From: Phycisphaerae bacterium
GTDB taxonomy: Bacteria; Planctomycetota; Phycisphaerae; Phycisphaerales; UBA1924
Reading direction: 5' to 3'
NCBI GenBank assembly: GCA_030426605.1
Contig: JAUHXM010000003.1
Coordinates: 9,406-73,405 of the forward strand
DNA length: 64,000 nt
The translations under genes and the position numbers were made by a program. Shown piece by piece: positions 1 to 8,417 of the stretch. The notes under the pieces are model-generated. The model was not told the origin of the DNA. It did no database searches and saw nothing but the letters and a program-made list of their open reading frames with translations. Within the stretch, counting starts at the first letter, position 1, and each line of letters starts with the position of its first letter.

Positions 1-775
1 CCAGGTCGCTGCCCGTCTCGAGCACGTGGTTCATCAGCGGGATGAGCGACTCGGCGCCCTCGAGGCTGAAGCGTTTCTCGCCAGGGTAGCGTTTGCCCAG
101 GAACTTCTCGAACAGCTCGGATTTGACGAGTTGCTCAAGGATGTGCACCTTCTGCCCGCGGCTGAGCGGCACGCGCCCGCCGATGGACTCGAACCGATCC
201 AGCAGCCACGACCGCTGCTCGACATCGGCGATGTGCATGAACTCGACGCCGATCGAGCCGCAGAATGTCTCTTCGAGCCGCTCGATCACGTCCCGCAGGG
301 GGACCTGGCCGTCGAGACCGAAACGGACGCCGTCCACGGGCTGCCCCAGATCCGCCTCGGTGAGACCGTGGTGGGCGAGCGAGAGCGTGTCTGGTCGGTC
401 GCGGTCGCGTCCGAACGGGTCGATCCGCGCGGCGAGGTGCCCCTGATCGCGGTAGCTGTCAACGAGGTCATCGACGACGGCCTCGAAGAAGCTGCCCGTC
501 TTCCCTGCCGGCTGGAAGCCGCCCGAGCTCACCCGGACCGGCCCCGGGGCAACCGGTCGGCTCGACGGAATCGGGGCTGCCGCCGGCGACGCCCCGCCCG
601 CGCCCGGCGAGAGCTTCAGCTCCCCGGCCTGCGCCAGCTCGAATCCATGGAAGAACGACCGCAGCTCGGGCTCGACGCTCTCCGGGTCCTGCTGGAAGGC
701 CCGATATCGCTCGTCGAGGAACTCCGGGCTCCAGCTGTTGATGCTCGCGGGCACAGGACGCGGCGGCACACTCAT
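1..775 (-). CDS. sucA: 2-oxoglutarate dehydrogenase E1 component, N-terminal part (partial, runs off the window start)
   Basis: The minus-strand frame is open from nt 1 to ATG at 775..773. Hand translation gives MSVPPRPVPASINSWSPEFLDERYRAFQQDPESV...GKRYPGEKRFSLEGAESLIPLMNHVLETGSDL. The KRFSLEG..SLIP block is typical of OGDH E1. It is absent from the ORF track because it is truncated by the window. Confidence 0.8.
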   Translation of the reverse strand, partial: MSVPPRPVPASINSWSPEFLDERYRAFQQDPESVEPELRSFFHGFELAQAGELKLSPGAGGASPAAAPIPSSRPVAPGPVRVSSGGFQPAGKTGSFFEAVVDDLVDSYRDQGHLAARIDPFGRDRDRPDTLSLAHHGLTEADLGQPVDGVRFGLDGQVPLRDVIERLEETFCGSIGVEFMHIADVEQRSWLLDRFESIGGRVPLSRGQKVHILEQLVKSELFEKFLGKRYPGEKRFSLEGAESLIPLMNHVLETGSDL

Positions 776-884
776 GCAATCCTCCCGGGCGAAAAACGCA
801 CCGGCAACGTGGCATGCGGTCCCCCATCGGGGCGGCCGAGGGGAGTCTAGACAGCGCTATCGGCTTTGGGCCTGATCGACATCG

Positions 885-917
885 GGAAAACCGCCACCAC
901 GACCGGGATTGGGCGGG
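885..917 (-). terminator. Candidate weak intrinsic terminator after pstB
   Basis: On the minus strand, CCGCC (916..912) pairs with GGCGG (895..891) around a 16-nt loop and is followed by TTTT (890..887). It lies just downstream of the pstB TAA stop (922..920). The stem is short and the loop long, so confidence is low. Confidence 0.25.
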
Positions 918-919
918 AA

Positions 920-1822
920 TTATCCGAACCGGCCCGTGACGTACTGCTCGGTCTCGGGCAGGATCGGGCGGCTGAAGATCGCCTCGCTGGGCCCGTACTC
1001 CACCAGCCGCCCCAAATACATGAACGCCGTGAAGTTGCTCACCCGGGCCGCCTGCTGCATGTTGTGGGTCACGATCAGGACGGTGTACCGCTCGGCGATC
1101 TCGGAGATCAGTTCCTCGATCCGCATCGTCGCGACGGGGTCGAGGGCCGAACAGGGCTCGTCGAGCAGCAGGACCTCCGGGTCCGCGACGATCGCCCGTG
1201 CGATGCACAGACGCTGTTGCTGCCCGCCGGAGAGTCCCAACGCGGATTGCTTGAGCCTGTCTTTGACCTCGTCCCACAGCGCCGCCTGCCGTAACGCCCG
1301 TTCGCACGCCTGGGCGAGCACGCCCTTACGCCGCTCGCCGTCGATGCGGAGGGGATAGACCACGTTCTCGAAGATCGACATCGGGAAGGGGTTGGGCTTC
1401 TGAAAGACCATCCCGAGGCGTTTGCGGAGCTCGATGACATCCACCCGCGGGTCGTAGATCGATTCGCCCTCGAGCCGGATCTCACCATCGACGCGGACGC
1501 CGTCCACGAGGTCGTTCATGCGGTTGACCGAGCGGAGGAGGGTGGACTTTCCGCACCCCGATGGCCCGATGAGCGCGGTGACCTTGCCGCGGGGCAGCTT
1601 CATCGAGATGTCGTACAGCGCCCGCGACTCCCCGTACCACAGGCTGAAGGTGTCGGCACGCAGGATCTCGGGCTCGTCGGCGAGTTCGGCGTGCACCTCG
1701 GCATCGAACGACTCGCCCGCGCGGATGACCTCGGCGACCCGCAGACCGCGACGCTCGGACCCGAGTCCTTTCTTCGGTTCGATCACCGCGTCCCCCATCG
1801 CCCGCTCCGCGAGAGTCGTCAT
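920..1822 (-). CDS. pstB: Phosphate ABC transporter ATP-binding protein PstB
   Basis: This is the C-terminal 300 aa of ORF 920..2587. It has Walker [30 protein letters not shown] and the PstB tail [12 protein letters not shown] at 1822..1820 overlaps the pstA stop by 1 nt (TGATG). The upstream 255 aa of the ORF is Arg/Gly-rich shadow and was rejected. Confidence 0.95.
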   Translation of the reverse strand: MTTLAERAMGDAVIEPKKGLGSERRGLRVAEVIRAGESFDAEVHAELADEPEILRADTFSLWYGESRALYDISMKLPRGKVTALIGPSGCGKSTLLRSVNRMNDLVDGVRVDGEIRLEGESIYDPRVDVIELRKRLGMVFQKPNPFPMSIFENVVYPLRIDGERRKGVLAQACERALRQAALWDEVKDRLKQSALGLSGGQQQRLCIARAIVADPEVLLLDEPCSALDPVATMRIEELISEIAERYTVLIVTHNMQQAARVSNFTAFMYLGRLVEYGPSEAIFSRPILPETEQYVTGRFG

Positions 1823-4068
1823 CAGATGGCCGCCCCGTGCTTGCCCCGGAGCTTCGCCCGGATCATGACCGCCGCCAGGTTCAACGCCACCACGATCGCC
1901 ACCAGCAGCAGCGTCGTCGTCCAGACGAGCGGTTCCGTCGCCTGCGAGTCCGGGCTCTGGAACCCGAGATTGTAGATGTGGAAGCCGAGGTGCATGAACG
2001 TGCGGTCGCCGTGCAGGAACGGGGCCTCGGCGCTCACGGGCGAGGATTGCGTGAAATTCACCGCTCCGACGAGCATCAGGGGCGCGACCTCGCCCGCCCC
2101 ACGCGCCATCGCGAGGATTGCCCCCGTCATGATGCCTGGCAGCGCCCCGGGCAGGACCACCCGCCGGATCGTCTGCCACCGGCTCGCGCCCGACGCGATG
2201 CTGCCCTCGCGGATCGAGTTGGGCACGGCGCTGATCGCCTCCTCCGTCGCGACGATGACCACCGGGAGGGTGAGCAACGCGAGCGTGAGCGAGGCCCAGA
2301 GGATGCCCCGCCCGCCGAACGTCGGACGCTCGGGCAGCTTCTCCGTGAACCACCCGTCGAAGTAGGGCGTGCTCGACACGAGGTAGACCGCCAACCCGGC
2401 CGCGCTGAGCCACATCACCCACGCCAGTGCGCCCGCAAACCGGTTGACCGCCGTCGCCGGTCGCCCGGGACGGCGTGCCGCGAACATCACGGAGATCACG
2501 CCGCCCAGCACGATGACCCCGGTGAGCCCAACGAGCCCCCACCAGAACCCGCGCGGCGCCGCGTTCGCAGGCCCGGAGTCCACCCACCCCCCGAGCCCGT
2601 AGCAGAAGAAGCCGAGCCCGAACATCCCGTACACGATGCTCGGCACGCCCGCGAGGTTGTTGATCGCGATCCGGATCAGGCTCGTGACGATCCCCTGCCG
2701 CGCGTACTCACGCAGGTAGAGCGCCGAGATCACGCCCAGCGGCACCACCGCGACGGTCAGCAGCAGCGTCAGCGTCACCGTCCCCACGATGACTGGGAAG
2801 ACGCCGCCCTCGGCGCCGTTCGCCCGCGGCCGGTCGCTTAGAAACTCCCACCATCGTGCGAGGTACACGCGGAGCTTGCCCGCGAGCCCCAGGTCGTTCG
2901 CTGCGACGACGCGGACGACGTCCGCGACTGCCATCGGCTCGCCCGGCTCGGACACACTCAGCGGGCTGAACCGCCCGCCCGTCGGCTCGACGATCACGAC
3001 GCGGACCCGGTCCAATCGCTCGCGCCGCGCGTTGATCTCCTCGAGCACCCGTCCGAGTTCCTCGCTCAGCCGGGCGCGGTCCGCGTCGATGTCCGCGATC
3101 AACTCAGACGCGCGTTCGACCGGGATCGAGTCGTCGGACCACGGGTGCTCGGTCACGACGCCCAGCACGCCCATCGCGCACAAAATCGCGGCCGCCATGC
3201 TGAGCACGCGGAGCCCGTACTTTCGGCTCCCGCGGGGCACCATCCGCGAGAGCCGGGCCGCGCCCAAGCCCGTGGCGATCGTCGCCAACGCGGTGAGCCC
3301 CCACGTCCAGACGGGCATGACCTCACGCCGGCTTGCGCCCGTGCGGCGTTCGATGCCTCGGCGTTTCCATTCGAGCCGGGACAGCCGCTCCTGTAAGAGC
3401 GGCACGCGGTGGCGGTTCAGCGACTCGATCGATGCCCGTCGATCGAGCACGGTGTCGTGCACGTGCCCGAAGATTCCGCGCGCCTCGGGCGCGTCGTCCG
3501 CCAACACAAGGTGCGCGAGCACCCGTCGGTCGCCGTCTTCTGTCTCCGATTCCTGGATCACCCGGACCGTCGCGGGCCCGAAGTCCGTGTTGACCCGCTC
3601 GCCGTCCGCCGGCCCGCCCGCGCCGGGCTCGTACTCCTGCTCGCGGATCAGATACACCCTCTGAATCCGCCCGAAGAAGACGCCCCATTCCCGGCGTTCG
3701 ACCATCACGCCGTCGCTCGGCGTCGCGATCGACGCGATCTCATCAGACCGCACCCACCGGTACGAATCCTGCCCGAGATCGCGGTTGCCGACGCGGTACC
3801 GCCGGCGGGTCTGCCCATCCTCGCCCGGCACCGCCTCGGACTCGAACGGCGACCCAAGGAACACCGTGCCGTCGGCGAGGGTCACCTCGTGCACCGGGCG
3901 GACGAGGAACGTCGATCCTCCGCGCCACACGATCACGATCGCAAGCCCGAGGATGAGCGCCAGGCACAGGATCAATGCCCCCGCCGTCACCCACATCGCG
4001 GGCTCGCCGTGCGCCGAGATGGGCGTGCGGCGTTGGTGCCGATCCGGGTTGGGACTCGTCGTGCTCAC
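1822..4068 (-). CDS. pstA: Phosphate ABC transporter permease PstA, long form (about 748 aa)
   Basis: The C-terminal third carries PstA-type permease sequence ([65 protein letters not shown]). I prefer the GTG at 4068..4066, which overlaps the pstC TGA (GTGA). The track start at 4158 would overlap pstC by 94 nt. Confidence 0.85.
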   Translation of the reverse strand: MSTTSPNPDRHQRRTPISAHGEPAMWVTAGALILCLALILGLAIVIVWRGGSTFLVRPVHEVTLADGTVFLGSPFESEAVPGEDGQTRRRYRVGNRDLGQDSYRWVRSDEIASIATPSDGVMVERREWGVFFGRIQRVYLIREQEYEPGAGGPADGERVNTDFGPATVRVIQESETEDGDRRVLAHLVLADDAPEARGIFGHVHDTVLDRRASIESLNRHRVPLLQERLSRLEWKRRGIERRTGASRREVMPVWTWGLTALATIATGLGAARLSRMVPRGSRKYGLRVLSMAAAILCAMGVLGVVTEHPWSDDSIPVERASELIADIDADRARLSEELGRVLEEINARRERLDRVRVVIVEPTGGRFSPLSVSEPGEPMAVADVVRVVAANDLGLAGKLRVYLARWWEFLSDRPRANGAEGGVFPVIVGTVTLTLLLTVAVVPLGVISALYLREYARQGIVTSLIRIAINNLAGVPSIVYGMFGLGFFCYGLGGWVDSGPANAAPRGFWWGLVGLTGVIVLGGVISVMFAARRPGRPATAVNRFAGALAWVMWLSAAGLAVYLVSSTPYFDGWFTEKLPERPTFGGRGILWASLTLALLTLPVVIVATEEAISAVPNSIREGSIASGASRWQTIRRVVLPGALPGIMTGAILAMARGAGEVAPLMLVGAVNFTQSSPVSAEAPFLHGDRTFMHLGFHIYNLGFQSPDSQATEPLVWTTTLLLVAIVVALNLAAVMIRAKLRGKHGAAI

Positions 4069-6695
4069 AGCGCCGCGTTCCTTTTGCGGAAGCGTTGGCG
4101 GACCAGTTCGGCGGTTGTGTTGATGGCAAGCGTCATCACAAACAGCACGAGCCCGCACAGGAAGAGCACGCGGTAGTGCGTCCCGCCGCGTGGCGCTTCG
4201 GGCAACTCGACCGCGATGTTCGCCGCGAGCGTGCGGAACCCGCCGAAGATATTCAAGGACATCTCGGGGGTGTTCCCGGTCGCCATCAGGACGATCATGG
4301 TCTCACCGACCGCACGCCCGAGCCCGATCATGATGGCGCTGAAGATGCCCGACGCCGCGACCGGCAGCACGACCCGGACCGCCGTCTGCCACGCCGTTGC
4401 GCCGCACCCGGTGGAGGCGAACCGCAGGCTCTTTGGCACGGCCATCAACGCGTCGTCGGCGATCGTAAAGATGATCGGGATCACCGCGACTCCCATCACG
4501 ACGCCCACGACGAGCGTGTTGCGTTGGCTGAAGGGGCCGAAGATGGACCGCCGCGGGTCGAACCCGGCGGCCGTGAGCACCCACGCCGAGAACGCCGCGA
4601 GCCCGAGCACCGCGAGGATCTGTACCGCCAGCACGCCGAGCTGCGCGAGCCCGGCGCTGGTGCGTGACATGCCGTCCGTGATCGCGTTCCATTTGGTGAC
4701 GATCAACGCCCACCAGAGTGCCATGACCGCCGCCGCGGCGGGCAGGATCATCGCCATGAACCACCCGGGCCAGGCGCTCCCCTGCCCGCTGTCGAGCCAG
4801 GCGCGGAGCCCCGCCGCTGCGTGTTCGCCGCCCTCAAACAGCGCCGCGTCGATCGCATCGCCGGAGACCGACGCGAGCGCGACGCCCGCGCCGATCACGA
4901 TCACGACGAGACCCGTGAGCGCCACGGTCGGCACGCGCCGGCGCGTGCTCATCGGAATCATCCGCCACACCCCGGCCCCGACGAGCACCGCGACCGGCAC
5001 CACGCCCATCGAGACGATCACACCCGGAAGCCACGCCGCGATGTACGGTGCCACCAACATCGCCGCGATGAACCCGAGCACCACCGAGGGCAGCGAGGCC
5101 ATCAACTCGATCGTCGGCTTGACCGCCTTCCGCCACGACGGGTGCAGGAACTCGCTCGTGTAGATCGCCGCGAGCACCGCGAGTGGCACCGCGAACAACA
5201 TCGCGACGACCGTCGCCTTCATCGTGCCCCAGATCAGCGGCACCAAGCTCAGCTTCGGCTCGCTCCCCGGCGACCCCGTGGACTGATACACGAACGTCGG
5301 CTCGTCGTACCCCTCGTACGGCACCCGCCCGAAGAGGCTGAGCCACGTCGCCTCGGGGTGACCCGGCTCGAGTCGCCAGACCCGGAGCGTCCCGTCGGCG
5401 TGCACTCCGACCGCCGCGTTCACCGCGGGTGCGACGCCCGCCGCGACGACAGCGCCGCCCTCGCCCTTCCAGCCCGCGACTCGTTTCCCGCTCGTGAGGT
5501 TCTCGAGCACGAGCGAGCCGTCTTCGAACCCGACGGCGACGGTGCGGTCCCGCCGACCCACCCCGATCGACGTGACCGCGGCCGTCCCTTCACGCACCGA
5601 GATCGATCGCGTGAGCTTTGACTCGGCGTCACGGCCCGCGCCCTCGGAAGACGTCAGCCGCCAACTCGTGACGCGCCCCTCTGCGTCGCCGATCAGGATC
5701 GCGTTGCCGCCGAGTGCCGCCACCGCGGCGGTCAACCTCGTCCCGCCGTCGTCGAAACGTCCTCGTTCCGCCAGCGCCCACACGCCCCGCTCGACCTCGG
5801 CGTACCGCTCGAACCGGCCGTCCTGCCAGACCATGACCACGTCGGCGTTGGTGCCCACAAGAAAGACCCAACGCGGCGGCACAGCATCGACCGCCGCGTC
5901 CTCGACAATCGGCGTCACGCTCACCCGCTCGCGCGCGGGGCCGCCATCGAGGCGACGCACCGACCGGGCCGACGCGACATAGGCCCGCCCGTTCTCGAGC
6001 ACGGCGACGGTCACACGTTCTCGCGAAGAGACCTGCCGGGACGCGATCGCCGAGACGCCCGCCAGCCCGTCTCCAAGCGAAGCGACCTCTCCGCGCTCCG
6101 CCGCGAGCTCCCAGACCCGGGCCCCGCCCTCCGCGGGCTCCATCGCGACGACCCGGTCATCCGCGTGATCGAACCGAGCCGCCCGCGCGAGCCGATCGGC
6201 CTGTCCCTCATCGACGGCACGCAGCCCAGTCGCCCCTTCGCCGGCCGCGTCCGCGACGAGCGCGTACCCGCTTCGGACCGCGCCGCCGACGAACGCCCCG
6301 CCCTCGAACCCCGCCGCGACCTCACCCGTGCTGGCGCTGACCTCGAGCACCCTGGCCTCGACGCCTTCGGGCAGCAGCGACACCGTCCCCCACGCGTGCC
6401 CCGCGCCGATCTCGACCACCGTCGCCCGGCCACGCGGCGAGACCAGCATCGCCTGCTCGCCCGTCTCGTCGAACACGATGACAGAGGGCAACACCTCGGA
6501 GTCAACAACGACATCCGGCTCGCGTTGAGCATCGCCCCCGCGGAACAGCGGCGCAGCGCTCCCGACAAGGAACACGCAGATCGCGAGCATGGACCCGAGT
6601 ACCGCGAGCCCGCCGAGTGTGATGACGACACCCGCCGCGCTGTCACCCACGCGCACGAGCCGCCCGGTCCGCCTCCTGCCCGACGCGTGCGCCAT
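4065..6695 (-). CDS. pstC: Phosphate ABC transporter permease PstC, long form (about 876 aa) with a large N-terminal periplasmic domain
   Basis: The C-terminal ~330 aa has PstC-type permease sequence (AVPKSLRFASTGCGATAWQTAVRVVLPVAASGIFSAIMIGLGRAVGETMIVLMATGN). The N-terminus has one TM helix followed by ~420 aa of beta-rich repeats. The start is taken at ATG 6695; the track start at 6698 is a TTG one codon upstream. Confidence 0.85.
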   Translation of the reverse strand: MAHASGRRRTGRLVRVGDSAAGVVITLGGLAVLGSMLAICVFLVGSAAPLFRGGDAQREPDVVVDSEVLPSVIVFDETGEQAMLVSPRGRATVVEIGAGHAWGTVSLLPEGVEARVLEVSASTGEVAAGFEGGAFVGGAVRSGYALVADAAGEGATGLRAVDEGQADRLARAARFDHADDRVVAMEPAEGGARVWELAAERGEVASLGDGLAGVSAIASRQVSSRERVTVAVLENGRAYVASARSVRRLDGGPARERVSVTPIVEDAAVDAVPPRWVFLVGTNADVVMVWQDGRFERYAEVERGVWALAERGRFDDGGTRLTAAVAALGGNAILIGDAEGRVTSWRLTSSEGAGRDAESKLTRSISVREGTAAVTSIGVGRRDRTVAVGFEDGSLVLENLTSGKRVAGWKGEGGAVVAAGVAPAVNAAVGVHADGTLRVWRLEPGHPEATWLSLFGRVPYEGYDEPTFVYQSTGSPGSEPKLSLVPLIWGTMKATVVAMLFAVPLAVLAAIYTSEFLHPSWRKAVKPTIELMASLPSVVLGFIAAMLVAPYIAAWLPGVIVSMGVVPVAVLVGAGVWRMIPMSTRRRVPTVALTGLVVIVIGAGVALASVSGDAIDAALFEGGEHAAAGLRAWLDSGQGSAWPGWFMAMILPAAAAVMALWWALIVTKWNAITDGMSRTSAGLAQLGVLAVQILAVLGLAAFSAWVLTAAGFDPRRSIFGPFSQRNTLVVGVVMGVAVIPIIFTIADDALMAVPKSLRFASTGCGATAWQTAVRVVLPVAASGIFSAIMIGLGRAVGETMIVLMATGNTPEMSLNIFGGFRTLAANIAVELPEAPRGGTHYRVLFLCGLVLFVMTLAINTTAELVRQRFRKRNAAL

Positions 6696-6722
6696 CAAAT
6701 CCCCGGTCCGAGTGCGTACGGA

Positions 6723-7766
6723 TCAGAACCCCGGCTCGAGCCCCAGGCTCTCGAGCTCTTCACGTGCGACGCTCGCGGGGATGGGGTACGACCCATCCTT
6801 GAGCACGCCCTCCTGGCCTTCCCGGCTGAACATCATCCGCACGAACTCCGCGCGCAGCGCGTCAAGCTCGCTCAGCCGGTCGAAGTTCATGTAAACATAG
6901 AGGAATCGAGCCAGCGGGTAATCCCCCGTGACGGCATACTCCGCGCTGGGCTCGAATGCGTCGTCCCCCGTCTCAACCGACACGCGCAGGGCCTTCACGC
7001 CCGTGGTCAGGTATCCCACGCCCGAGTATCCCATCGCGTACGGGTCCGTCGCGATCGCCTGGATCACGCCCGACGAGCCCGGCTGCTCCTTGACGGTCGG
7101 CTTGAAGTCGTGCCCGTCGAGCGCCATCTTCTTGAAGAATTTGTACGTCCCCGACGCCGAATTCCGCCCGTACACGGACACGGGTCGCGACGCCCACGCC
7201 CGGTCGGTCACGCCCAGGTCACCCCAGGTCGCGGTGCTTCCCTCGACGCTGAAGACGTCCACGAGCTGCTCGAGCGAGATCTCGTCGAGGGGGCAGTCTT
7301 TGTTAACGAAGACCGCGACGCAGTCGATCGCCACGCGGAGTTCGGTCGGCTCGTACCCGAACTTCTCGCGGAACTCGTCGATCTCCTTCGGGTCCATCGC
7401 GCGGCTCATCGGGCCGAACTGCGACTGCCCCTCCATCAACGCCGGCGGCGCGGTGGACGACCCCTTGCCCTCGACATGCACCCGCACGCCCGGGTAATAC
7501 TCGCCGAAAGTCTGCGACCAGGTGCCCATAAGATTGAGCATCGTGTCCGACCCGACCGATCGGATGTCCCCCGAGATCCCGCGGACCGGCTTGTACGCGG
7601 GGAGTTCCGGGTCGATCGGGGTCGCCTGGGCCTCGCGTGTGGAGTCCGTCCAGACGCCTGTCTCGAGTCCCTCGGCCGACACCGATTCCGAGGCGACGCC
7701 GCGGTCGCACCCAAACCCGAGTACCGCCACGCACGCGGCGATCGCCGCCTTGTTCCAGAATGCCAT
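6723..7766 (-). CDS. pstS: Phosphate-binding lipoprotein PstS family
   Basis: It contains GSDTMLNLMGTWSQTF...VEGKGSSTAPPAL...GPMSRAM, typical of PBP-type phosphate binders. ATG at 7766 has GGAGG 5 nt upstream and gives the lipoprotein signal MAFWNKAAIAACVAVLGFGC. It sits upstream of pstCAB. Confidence 0.85.
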   Translation of the reverse strand: MAFWNKAAIAACVAVLGFGCDRGVASESVSAEGLETGVWTDSTREAQATPIDPELPAYKPVRGISGDIRSVGSDTMLNLMGTWSQTFGEYYPGVRVHVEGKGSSTAPPALMEGQSQFGPMSRAMDPKEIDEFREKFGYEPTELRVAIDCVAVFVNKDCPLDEISLEQLVDVFSVEGSTATWGDLGVTDRAWASRPVSVYGRNSASGTYKFFKKMALDGHDFKPTVKEQPGSSGVIQAIATDPYAMGYSGVGYLTTGVKALRVSVETGDDAFEPSAEYAVTGDYPLARFLYVYMNFDRLSELDALRAEFVRMMFSREGQEGVLKDGSYPIPASVAREELESLGLEPGF

Positions 7767-7892
7767 CGCAGCCTCCAATCGCACCCGGAACGATCTCCGG
7801 TGCACTAAGTCTGCCCACCTCGGGATGGTTTGTCAGAGCCCTGGCGCAAAGGTTCGGTTAAAACGACAGCCTGGGGCCTCACAACGGCCGTA

Positions 7893-8417
7893 TCAGTTCG
7901 CACCGAGCGGCACCGCGGCGGATCCCTGACTCGTTACCGTCCGCCCACTCGCACCGCGGAAGACCCCCGAGAGCTCCAGGTTCGTACGCGGCATCCGATC
8001 GGCGTCTGCACCAAGTCTCAGGAAGAACGAGTACGCGGGTCCCGGGGGGAGTTGCTGTCGCGAGCCGTCCACAACGTCGGCCGGGAAGATCCACCGGGCC
8101 ACCAGGTGCTGATTGCTGTCCAGCAGACGAAACTCGAACTCGCCGTCGGCCCAGACCGGTGTTTGCGACTCCTCGGCACGCGGGAAGAGATAGACGACCA
8201 CCGGGATGGTGTCGGCGTACCCGTCGCCGTCCGAGTCCGTCGGGGTACCGCGAGACAGGAACACCTGAACCGGCTCGGCGTTGCTGTTCCCGATCGGCGT
8301 CGCCCGCGGTGCCACACGCGCCGGAGCCGACCGCGCCGACGAAGTTGACCCGTCGAGCGAGCACCCGCCCGCCGCCAAGCACACCGTGAGCCACGCGGCC
8401 GCCCGTGTCTTACTCAT
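7893..8417 (-). CDS. Small lipoprotein, translationally coupled to the secretin (candidate pilotin-like accessory)
   Basis: ATG at 8417 overlaps the secretin stop (8412..8410) by 8 nt. It has the signal and lipobox MSKTRAAAWLTVCLAAGGC and a DSDGDGYAD calcium-binding-like motif. I recognise no family. Confidence 0.6.
   Translation of the reverse strand: MSKTRAAAWLTVCLAAGGCSLDGSTSSARSAPARVAPRATPIGNSNAEPVQVFLSRGTPTDSDGDGYADTIPVVVYLFPRAEESQTPVWADGEFEFRLLDSNQHLVARWIFPADVVDGSRQQLPPGPAYSFFLRLGADADRMPRTNLELSGVFRGASGRTVTSQGSAAVPLGAN

Noticed and set aside
1823-2587. N-terminal 255-aa extension of the pstB ORF (920..2587).
   Set aside because: It overlaps the well-supported pstA reading frame and is Arg/Gly-rich with no ABC features. 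The PstB homology begins at the ATG at 1822, which overlaps the pstA stop.
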